38,444 bases of DNA from Pseudomonadota bacterium (GTDB lineage Bacteria; Pseudomonadota; Gammaproteobacteria; Burkholderiales; Casimicrobiaceae): assembly GCA_029571495.1 (NCBI GenBank), contig JAKPSO010000282.1:1-38444 (forward strand), written 5' to 3'. The position numbers were made by a program, and so were the translations under genes. Below the pieces are notes generated by a model, which was not told where the DNA came from, searched no databases, and saw only the letters and a list, made by a program, of their open reading frames with translations. Every line of letters starts with the position of its first letter. The first letter of the stretch is position 1. Shown here one piece after another: positions 1 to 8,600 of the stretch.

Positions 1-2
1 AA

Positions 3-1127
3 GTGCGTTCCGCTGCATTGATGTACCAACAGAACGTTTTGCTCCGCCGCTATGCGGTGGGAAATTTTGGCGCGATGCTGCGTGAAATTTCGAAGAACCC
101 GGCGATGCTCGTCTATCTAGACGGTGCGCAAAATCGCAAGGGCGCACCAAACGAAAACTTCGCGCGGGAAGTGATGGAGCTCTTCACCATGGGTGAGGGC
201 CAATATTCTGAGCAAGACATCAAGGAAGTCGCGCGTGCTTTCACGGGTTGGAGCGTTGATGCAGACGCAGGTGAATTTCGCTTCCGACGCGCGGTGCACG
301 ACGATGGTGTGAAGCGAATTTTCGGGCACGAGGGGCGATTCAACGGCGATGACGTCATCACCATGCTCTTGCAACAACCCGCAACGGGCGAATTCGTTGT
401 CGGGAAACTTTGGCGCGAGTTTGTCTCGGCCGAGCCCGACCCAAAGCAGGTGAGCGAACTCGCGAGCGTGTGGCGCGCCGCAAACTACGAAATGAAACCA
501 TTGCTGCGCGCGATGCTGCTGTCGGACGCGTTTTGGTCCCCCGCCAATCGCGCGACGCTTGTGAAGTCGCCGGTTGATCTTGTCATTGGATCGTTGCGCC
601 AATTCCGCTTTTCGGTCGAAGACCCGGCACCGTTTGCTGTGATCCTGCGGCAACTCGGGCAAGACTTGTTTGGGCCGCCGAACGTGAAGGGTTGGCCGCC
701 GGGTGAGGCGTGGCTCAACACTACGACGCTACTAGCGCGCAAGGGTTTCTTGAATCGGCTGTTCCGTGCCGATGAAATGATGAAACCCGAAGGCACTACG
801 GGCGCCGTCGCCACCGCGCAGCCCGCAGCGCAACTCATCGATCGTGACATGATGGGCGAAGGCCGCGCGCGGGCGCAAACGCGCCTCGCTGCGAACGCTG
901 GGCGCGCGGCGGCACCTCTGCCGCCGTTCGGCGTGTCGAATCAACTGCGCGGGCAATACTTTTTCAGTGCAGATCAATGGTTCGCCAAGTTGCCACCGCA
1001 AACCAACGCGGACCATCTATGGCAAACGCTGCTCGCCGGGCCGCCAGTGCAGGCAGCGAAGGACGTGCCGCATACGCTGGCGGGTCTGCGCGCAGTCGCG
1101 CTTGACCCAATGTATCAACTCAAATAG
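3..1127 (+). CDS. DUF1800 family protein, 5'-truncated by window edge
   Basis: Motifs PAMLVYLD, PNENFAREVMELFTMG, ARAFTGW, LGQDLFGPPNVKGW typical of DUF1800; directly upstream of a DUF1501 gene, the usual pairing. Confidence 0.9.
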   Translation: MRSAALMYQQNVLLRRYAVGNFGAMLREISKNPAMLVYLDGAQNRKGAPNENFAREVMELFTMGEGQYSEQDIKEVARAFTGWSVDADAGEFRFRRAVHDDGVKRIFGHEGRFNGDDVITMLLQQPATGEFVVGKLWREFVSAEPDPKQVSELASVWRAANYEMKPLLRAMLLSDAFWSPANRATLVKSPVDLVIGSLRQFRFSVEDPAPFAVILRQLGQDLFGPPNVKGWPPGEAWLNTTTLLARKGFLNRLFRADEMMKPEGTTGAVATAQPAAQLIDRDMMGEGRARAQTRLAANAGRAAAPLPPFGVSNQLRGQYFFSADQWFAKLPPQTNADHLWQTLLAGPPVQAAKDVPHTLAGLRAVALDPMYQLK

Positions 1128-1138
1128 CGGGCAAGACT

Positions 1139-2317
1139 ATGTTGAACCGTAGAGATTTTTTGACCGCGCTGGGCGGTGTTGGCGTGCTGTCGTTGCCGAT
1201 GGTTTCCACCATCGCACAGACAACCAATTCGTCGAGCAAAAGCCCGTATCAGCGATTGTTGATTTTGGTGGAGTTGCGCGGCGCGAACGACGGGCTCAAC
1301 ACGTTCGTTCCGTACGCTGACGACACGTACTACACGTTGCGTCCGACGATTGGCATCAAGCGCGACCAAGTGCTCAAAGTAAATGATCGCTTTGGGCTGC
1401 ATCCGGCCCTTGAACCACTCGTACCGATGTGGCAAAAGGGGGAGATGGCAGCGGTGATGGGCCTCGGCTACCCGAAGCCCAATCTCTCGCACTTCCGCTC
1501 GATAGAAATTTGGGACACGGGCTCCAATTCGTCCGATTATTTGTCGGAAGGCTGGCTCGCCCGCGCCTTTACCGCCGTGGCGCCGCCGAAATCATTCGTC
1601 GCTGACGCAGTCGCCGTCGGCGGCGGTGGACTGGGTCCTTTTGCGGGAGGAGCCCGCGCGCTGTCGATCGCTTCGACCGATGCCTTTTTGCGCCAAGCCA
1701 AGCTCGCCGATCCTCACGGCCGAGCGAGCAACGCAGCGTTGCAACACATTTTGCGGCTCGAAGGCGAGGCCCAATCGGCAGCGCTCAATCTCAATCCAGC
1801 GATTACGCTCAAGACCGAATTTCCCACGCACGGCTTCGGGCAACAATCCAAAACCGCGATGCAAATCGTGGCCGCTTCGCCTGGCGTCGCGGCACTGCGG
1901 ATCGGCCTCGGTTCGTTCGACACCCATCAAGGTCAGCTCGGAGCCCAACAGGGTCTGCTCAAGCAAATGGCGGAAGGCATCGCCGCGATCAAGCAAGCCT
2001 GCGTGGAGCTTGGGCGCTGGCAAGACACCACAATCGTTACGTATTGCGAATTTGGTCGCCGCGCGAAAGAGAACCTAAGCGCGGGCACCGACCACGGCAC
2101 GGCGAACACACAGTTCGTGATTGGCGGCTCTGTGAAGGGCGGCATCATCGGCAGCGCGCCATCGCTCACGCAGCTCTCGGGCGACGGCAATTTGATTTAC
2201 ACCACGGACTATCGCGCGCTCTACGCATCGGTGCTGCGCGATTGGTGGAAGCTCTCGGCGGCGCAAAGCGACAGCGTGCTGGGTGGAAACTACGCACCGT
2301 TGCCGTTGTTTGCGTAG
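1139..2317 (+). CDS. DUF1501 family protein with twin-arginine (Tat) signal peptide
   Basis: N-terminal RRDFL plus hydrophobic stretch; LRGANDGLN, SHFRS, FDTH, EFGRR, GTDHG motifs; 11 bp after DUF1800 stop. Confidence 0.9.
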   Translation: MLNRRDFLTALGGVGVLSLPMVSTIAQTTNSSSKSPYQRLLILVELRGANDGLNTFVPYADDTYYTLRPTIGIKRDQVLKVNDRFGLHPALEPLVPMWQKGEMAAVMGLGYPKPNLSHFRSIEIWDTGSNSSDYLSEGWLARAFTAVAPPKSFVADAVAVGGGGLGPFAGGARALSIASTDAFLRQAKLADPHGRASNAALQHILRLEGEAQSAALNLNPAITLKTEFPTHGFGQQSKTAMQIVAASPGVAALRIGLGSFDTHQGQLGAQQGLLKQMAEGIAAIKQACVELGRWQDTTIVTYCEFGRRAKENLSAGTDHGTANTQFVIGGSVKGGIIGSAPSLTQLSGDGNLIYTTDYRALYASVLRDWWKLSAAQSDSVLGGNYAPLPLFA

Positions 2318-2361
2318 GGAACGGCGCAATCGACAAAACCTAGGCGCAGCTAATGATTTTT

Positions 2362-2516
2362 GCCACAGATTTACACAGATGCCACAGATTTTTTTGACGC
2401 TGATTACGCTGATTTAGCGCAGATTGCCGCTGATTCTTTTTGGTTTCGGCTTTGCGAGAATTGTCCAAAGAAATCTGCGTAAATCAACCGACTCATCTGT
2501 GTAATCTGCGTCAAAA
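2362..2516. repeat. Array of C(A/G)C(A/T)GAT heptamers forming a long imperfect inverted repeat
   Basis: Seven forward heptamers (2364, 2374, 2383, 2398, 2407, 2418, 2428) and inverted copies (2473, 2495, 2504); arm 2392-2439 is complementary to 2467-2516; lies between convergent genes. Confidence 0.8.
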
Positions 2517-2575
2517 TTTTCGCGCAAAATCCTCAAGTTCGGTGAATTCAGAGCGCGCAAACCGCACCCCACACC

Positions 2576-2679
2576 CAATGCTGTTCACTTTAGCGATTTG
2601 TAGGCGCGGACTCGGCCGCGCTTGCCCGTGGCACTGAGCGACGCCAAGTCGTCGCCTACACCCTAACCGAACAGTATTG
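2576..2679. repeat. REP-like inverted doublet (TGTAGGCG...CGCCTACA) nested in an 11-bp outer inverted repeat
   Basis: TGTAGGCG at 2599-2606 and CGCCTACA at 2653-2660, each next to a short internal palindrome; outer CAATGCTGTTC (2576-2586) / GAACAGTATTG (2669-2679) with one mismatch. Confidence 0.6.
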
Positions 2680-2682
2680 CTC

Positions 2683-4119
2683 CTACTCCGCCAACGGCAA
2701 ACGCAGCCTTGCAATCGTGCCGCCACCACTTCGCGGCAGCAGATCAAAGTTGCCGCCATGCCAGTGCGCGAGCCGCTCGACCAGTGCGAGCCCAAGCCCC
2801 GCGCCCATCGCGCCGCCGCGTGCTTGATCGCCGCGTACGAACGGTTGCTTGAGGCGCTCAACGTCCTCCGGCGCGATGCCCGCGCCGTGATCGAGTACGT
2901 CGATCTCTGCCACCAGGCCGTCGCGACGCAGCTGCATTTCTAAGGGCGGTTTGCCGTAGCGATGTGCGTTCTCAATCAAATTCATGACCATGCGCTCGAA
3001 CGCGGCAGGATAAGTATTCACAAACACGGCGTCTTCGCCGGAAGTCCACTGCACCGCGAGCGTTCTATTCGCTGCTTTGCGCTCGACCGCGGCGAGCGCC
3101 TCGCGCAGGTCAACGCGCGTCGGTGCTTCTTTCGGATTGCCGCGCGCAAAGTCCAGGAACTGAGTCACAACGCGGTCGATGTCGTCGATGTCGGCAGCCA
3201 TCTCGTCGCGACTTTGTGCGTCGCTCACCGCCATCTCGCTTGCCAGTCGCAGGCGCGTCAATGGTGTGCGAATGTCGTGCGAAATGCCTGCGAGCATCGT
3301 GCTGCGGTCGCGTTCGAGGCGCTCAAGATTCGCCGCCATTCGATTCACGTTCTGAGCCACACGCGCAATTTCTGTCGGCCCGTTTTCGGGCAACGGATCG
3401 GGCCGCTGCCCAAGCGCAACCTTATCAACGGCGTCCGCCAAATCCGCCAACGGTCGCGAGAGGCGGCGCGCGAACCAATACGTCGCCGCGAGCAAAGCGA
3501 GCAAAATCACTGCGAGCGTCGCAAGCAAACGCGTCGGCACTTCCCCTGTCTCCACGTTGCGTATCGGTACGCCCGCCCACACGCTGCGCACCCCGCCCTC
3601 ACCCACCTTCAAACGAATCCACACGATGGGCTGATCGACACGCATGCCGAGACGGATTTCGGTGTCAGCGCCCAAGTGCTCCTGCAACTTCTCAACGAGC
3701 GGCGCTAACGCGGGGCCACGCGGCACCTGGCCGATCTCCGGGCGACGATCTGTGGGTACCAACAAAATGCCATATTCGCGAGCGAGACGTTGCAAAGGAA
3801 ACATGCGTCCTGCGCGTTCTGGTCGGTCCGGGCGGTCAAGGCGGTCAGGGCGATCAGGGCGGCCCAACTTGTCTGGTGGCTCGGCTTGATCGGGACGATC
3901 GGGGCGCTCCGGTCGATCTGGGCGATCCGCGCGATCATCTGGAGTCAGTTTCGCCAGTGCTGCGCGCAACGACTCGATTTGCTCAAGTTTTGCGTCGGTG
4001 AAGTTCCTTGCGATGAGGCTGGCGCGATCTTGTCGAAACAAGAACACCATTGCCAACACAGCGACGGCCAGCGCGATGAGCAGAAGCGACGTCAGTCGCC
4101 AGAACAGTGTCTTTGGCAT
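2683..4119 (-). CDS. envZ: EnvZ-like sensor histidine kinase (2 TM, HAMP, HisKA, HATPase)
   Basis: H-box DRSTMLAGISHDIRTPLTRLRLASEM close to EnvZ; NLIENA, DHGAGI, GAGLGL boxes; start placed at ATG 4119 (MPKTLFWR) just after the ompR stop. Confidence 0.85.
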   Translation of the reverse strand: MPKTLFWRLTSLLLIALAVAVLAMVFLFRQDRASLIARNFTDAKLEQIESLRAALAKLTPDDRADRPDRPERPDRPDQAEPPDKLGRPDRPDRLDRPDRPERAGRMFPLQRLAREYGILLVPTDRRPEIGQVPRGPALAPLVEKLQEHLGADTEIRLGMRVDQPIVWIRLKVGEGGVRSVWAGVPIRNVETGEVPTRLLATLAVILLALLAATYWFARRLSRPLADLADAVDKVALGQRPDPLPENGPTEIARVAQNVNRMAANLERLERDRSTMLAGISHDIRTPLTRLRLASEMAVSDAQSRDEMAADIDDIDRVVTQFLDFARGNPKEAPTRVDLREALAAVERKAANRTLAVQWTSGEDAVFVNTYPAAFERMVMNLIENAHRYGKPPLEMQLRRDGLVAEIDVLDHGAGIAPEDVERLKQPFVRGDQARGGAMGAGLGLALVERLAHWHGGNFDLLPRSGGGTIARLRLPLAE

Positions 4120-4130
4120 TGCGCTGGACG

Positions 4131-4853
4131 CTACGGCTCCGCTTGGTCGGGAACGAAAACGTAGCCACGACCCCACACGGTTTGGATGTAACGCGGCTTG
4201 CTGGCGTCGGCCTCCACGAGCTTGCGCAGACGCGATACCTGTACGTCAATCGCGCGATCAAACACCTCGTGTTCTTTACCTCGCGCGAGCATCGACAGCC
4301 GTTCACGCGTCAGCGGCTCATGCGGATGCGTGACGAAGACTTTGAGCATCGCGAATTCGCTCGTCGTTAAGTCCTGCGCTTCGCCCGCGCGCGTTAGCAC
4401 GCGCGTCGCAAAATTGACCTCGCAGTCGCCAAACACAACCGGCTGATCCACCGGCGTCGGCGCGCCGGGCGAAATCTCCGCCGCGCGCCGCAACACCGCG
4501 TGCATGCGTGCCACCAGTTCGCGCGGGCTGAACGGTTTCGCGAGGTAATCGTCCGCGCCAGCGTCGAGGCCGTCGATGCGTTCGTCTTCTTCGCCTTTAG
4601 CGGTAAGCATGATGACCGGCGTACGGTCGCCCGAGGCGCGCAGCCGTTTGCACACCGCCAGCCCGTCTTCATGCGGCATCATCCAATCGAGCACGATCAG
4701 ATGCGGCGGATCGCGCTCCAAGCGGCGAGACAGCTCGCGCGCGTCAGGCAGCGCGGTCACGCGAAATCCTTGTTCAGTCAAAAAGCGCTGCAGCAATTCG
4801 CGCAGTCGTTGGTCGTCATCGACCACCAAAATGTGGTGTGAAGCAGTCATCAT
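4131..4853 (-). CDS. ompR: OmpR-family response regulator
   Basis: ILVVDDDQRLRELLQRFLTEQGF receiver start and PRYIQTVWGRGYVFVPD C-terminus, both close to OmpR. Confidence 0.9.
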   Translation of the reverse strand: MMTASHHILVVDDDQRLRELLQRFLTEQGFRVTALPDARELSRRLERDPPHLIVLDWMMPHEDGLAVCKRLRASGDRTPVIMLTAKGEEDERIDGLDAGADDYLAKPFSPRELVARMHAVLRRAAEISPGAPTPVDQPVVFGDCEVNFATRVLTRAGEAQDLTTSEFAMLKVFVTHPHEPLTRERLSMLARGKEHEVFDRAIDVQVSRLRKLVEADASKPRYIQTVWGRGYVFVPDQAEP

Positions 4854-4891
4854 GTAAACATAACAGAGCCCCGGCTCGTCCGTGCACCCGC

Positions 4892-4908
4892 TTTACAAGC
4901 GCTTACAA
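4892..4908. promoter_or_regulatory. Putative OmpR/CpxR-type tandem binding site
   Basis: TTACAA at 4893-4898 and 4903-4908 (10-bp period); reads GTAAG-N5-GTAAA on the minus strand; lies between divergent ompR and spy/cpxP-like genes. Confidence 0.55.
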
Positions 4909-4982
4909 ATCCACATCCGGGCCGCCCGCGAGAATCGGCGAAAATGTGAAGATTGCAACGTCTCAGACGGATCGGATTCGAT

Positions 4983-5477
4983 ATGAACAGTTTTTCGCGA
5001 TACGTGAAACGCGGCGCGGTGGCGCTATTGCTGCTGCCACTCGCTTTTGTGTGCTCGATTTCGCATGCGCAGGCTACCCCGCCGGGCATGCCTGACGTGG
5101 GCTTGCCGTTTGGCAATTATTTCGCGGTGATGAAAGCGAAACTGAACCTCAATGCCACGCAGGAAGCGCAATACACCGTGGCACTGCGCGCGACGCAGAT
5201 TGCGTTTGAGGCTGCGCGCAAGGCACGCACTGCCGCCGCCATCGCGGCGAAGGCGGAACTCAGCAAAGCCGACCCAGATTTTGCGAAGCTCTTGGCGCTG
5301 CGCGACGAAACGGCGATTGCGACTGCCGCCGAGCGCAAGCTTGCCAACGCCGAGTGGGTGAAATTCACGCAATTACTTTCTACGGAACAAAAGGCGCTGA
5401 TCAAGGGTCAACTCCTTGATCGCGTCTCCCGCGCAGAAAGCATGCGCGAGAAGTTTCGCCAGCGTCACGGCGGGTAG
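4983..5477 (+). CDS. Spy/CpxP-like periplasmic protein
   Basis: Signal peptide ending AQA; LNLNATQ and LLSTEQK LTxxQ-like motifs; helical composition; divergent from the two-component operon. Confidence 0.75.
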   Translation: MNSFSRYVKRGAVALLLLPLAFVCSISHAQATPPGMPDVGLPFGNYFAVMKAKLNLNATQEAQYTVALRATQIAFEAARKARTAAAIAAKAELSKADPDFAKLLALRDETAIATAAERKLANAEWVKFTQLLSTEQKALIKGQLLDRVSRAESMREKFRQRHGG

Positions 5478-5537
5478 CTCCCCTTCTAGCCCAACGCCAG
5501 CGGATTCGCGCGGTTGACACGAATGCTCATGCCTTAC

Positions 5538-5561
5538 AACCCGGCTTCGGCCGGGTTTTTT
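5538..5561 (+). terminator. Rho-independent terminator
   Basis: AACCCGGC-TTCG-GCCGGGTT stem-loop followed by a T run, downstream of the spy/cpxP-like gene. Confidence 0.9.
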
Positions 5562-5617
5562 CTATCTGCAATCAGGAACGGCGCCGGGTGATAGGGGCGG
5601 TTGTGGGCGGCTGAAGA

Positions 5618-8600
5618 TCAGGGCAAGACCATGCCGCAGGTCGTGGTCAGGTAAGTCCGGATGCTGGCCCAGTCTCCGCGAGTTCGTGGCGGGTCGCCCA
5701 ACGCCTGATCGGTTACCGCGCTGCCAGTAAGCCCAAACATCGCGCGCAGCAGTAAGATGCCGTCGCTTTCCGCGTGGATTTGGCCGTTGCCATCGATATC
5801 AAGGCAAGAGCCGCCGCTGAGTGCGCCCAGTCGCGAGGCAATCAAATTAATGCCGACACTGGGGTTGTACGCGCCATGGGTAAGCGCCGACCCAGTCAGG
5901 CCCAACATATGGCGAATTATCAGCAGACCGTCGGTCATCGGGCTAATGATGCCATCGCCATCGATGTCGAGATTGCATGCGGGTGGTGCGACAAACCCAA
6001 ATTGAAGCGTTGCACTGGACAGCGTTGTCGCTGTCGTCAAAGATGTCGCCCGAACCGTCACTGTGGCAGCAGCATTGCTACTGATCGTCGCGGAGAGCCG
6101 TACAACGGCGGAGGAGAACGCCGGAATTGTCATGCTGGAGATGCTGCTGACGTCTGCCCCAGACGCGTCAAGAAAATGTGCACTAATCGGCCCGGACGAT
6201 CCAGTAATCGTTAGGTTGAATTGATCTTCGACGTTGCCGAGATTTTGGACGACTACGTTGACCACGCGCGTGGCGGGGGTGGAAGTCAGCACTGAGTTGG
6301 CGGGCTGCCCCGACACACTCACCGCGCTCATTGCCGGGATCGTCACAGTCGCGCTTGCGCGCGCGAACGCGCTTGGTGCAGCCCGCGAGACGGCCACGAC
6401 GCTGAAGCCACTCGCGCCGGGCCGCGCAAACGCGGCCGCGTTACCTACCGTGAGGTTGACGACCGTAGATGCTCCAGCGGCAAGCGTAACGGCGGAGGCA
6501 CCGGACGAAACCGTGGGTCCGAGCGGCCCCGTCAACGTTAGATCAAAGGTATCAGTCGCGCCCGACAGGTTGGTCACGGTGGCTGCGAACGGCGTGGATG
6601 CCGTGCCTGAATTCGGCGAAATGCCCAGCGCCACTCCGGCGTCCAGCACGGTGACGGGCACTGAGAGGACACGCGGTGCTTGTAGGCGCGAGTACAGTGC
6701 AAACGCAGCAAGGTTGTCGCCAATGGTGACGTTGGGCGGTGACGGAACGAACACGGAGATTTTGAAATCAATTGATTCACCAGGCCCGACCCACGCCGAA
6801 CCGGGATCAAACGTCGCGCCCCACGCGTTATTCGGTAGCGCGTTAATGCCGAGACTGTACTCGTCGATCAGGGTGCCGGTGTTCGTGACTCGCACGGTGA
6901 TGTTAGTGGTGCTGCCCTTCGCGCCGGTCGGCGAACTGGGCGTAATCGTGTAGATTGAACCGGCAACACCCGCAGCGGGATCTTCCCCCACGTTAGGGCT
7001 GTAATAGTTGCTCAGCGTTGCGACCGCGGCGTCGCTCGCGGTTCCGGCGGTTGCCACTACACGGAAGTCAATATTGCCTCCGCTTTGACCGATGTTGCTT
7101 TGCACAACCAGCGGAGTGGTCGCAGTGGAATTGGCGGGCACTGTGACACTGGGTGCCAGTGTCTGGACCCAACTCGCCGGGATGCCCTCAGTGTGCAACG
7201 TGTACGTCACACTTGAGGTCGTACTCGGATTGGTCAGTGTGACGACGTAAGTCGCTGGCGCGCCAACTGCAATCGGAAAGGGTACTGACGTCGACACCGC
7301 AATGACGTGGTTGGCGGTGACGATTGCCGGGGCGAGCGGCAGCGTGCCTGAGCCCAGCGACGGTAGTGTGAATGCGACCGAGCCCCCGTTGGCGACTGGG
7401 CGACCGCTTCCCGGCTGCATGTTGCTCACGGTAGCTTGCCACGTGATCGGCGCGACGGTCGGCTGCTGCCATGTATACGTGTCGGTGGTGGCAGTGCTGG
7501 CGATGGATGACGGTGGGAGGTTGAACGAACCAGGCACCAGCGCAACCCCCGTGCCCTTGGGTACCACGACATTCGCGGTGACTGAGGGGCCAACGATGCC
7601 CGTGTAGTCAAACACGAGTACAGAGCTCGCGGTCACGGCATAGAGCAGGTTGCCATTCAGGACGAAACCACGAATGCTGTCGGGGACGTCGTACGGAATG
7701 AAGCGCATGTTCGCGGGATCGTTGGCGTCTATCAGCACCAAGACCCAGGTGCACGAGGTCGGGTTGTAGGCGCCGATGGCGTAGTAGTTATTCGTCAACG
7801 CCTGCATCGACGAAAACCCCTTTCGCTCAGCCTGATTGCAGGTGTAAGTCTCGTTGTGGACTAGCGGTGTGACTAGCGTGCTGCTGAGGGTCGGCGCGGA
7901 CGGGTTAGTGAGGTTGATGGCCGACAGCGTGAGGTTACCGGTGTAGCCACTGTTCACATCGTAAAAGCCTTGCGTATCGCCCGCTGCAACAGCGGCCGCA
8001 CCTTGCGACGCGACGCCGATCAGCAGGCGTGCCTGCGCAATATCGAGCGTTGAGATGATGCACGGATTGCTCAGGCCCGAACAGCTTGTTGAGAGTTGCG
8101 AGGTGTCGACAGTCAACAGGCGGCCAACGCCATTGAAGAAATCCCCTGTGCCGGAGGTGCTTGCCACGATCGCGCGAGTACTGGTGTGCGGCGCTACAGC
8201 CGTGACGAAATGTGGGCCGCCGGTATCGCTCTGATTTTCCGGCGGATTGCCCGCGCCGGACGGGTAAAGACCACCTGTCAACGTCGGCGAAGCAGGCGTC
8301 GAGAAATCAAACTTGAGCAGATTGCCATGTTGCTCAAATATGAAGTTTGAAAACGGGTTGTAGACGAACAAACCGGTCGACATGTAGCCATCAGTTCCGA
8401 TAAAACGCAGACCGCTGCCAAATTTCTTGCCGGTGTCGATGGGCGTGGGAGTCACAAGCAGCGGACTGGTCGCGTTTGCGCCTGCGATATCGAATATTGC
8501 CAACGTTCGCGAGCCAGATCGTTCGGGTAATTTCTTGTCGAAACCGACGATGAGTTGACCGTTGTACACGGTGCAATCGACCGTTTCAAAACCGCTCGGC

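Noticed and set aside
2362-2516. CRISPR array
   Set aside because: Units are 7 bp with 2-8 bp gaps, no 25-45 bp repeat/spacer structure, and no cas genes.
2962-4001. Long + strand ORFs 2962-3708 and 3123-4001, and similar antisense ORFs (6234-6953, 9615-10316, 24543-25259, 36738-37508)
   Set aside because: Shadow ORFs opposite well-supported genes in GC-rich DNA; no recognisable motifs.
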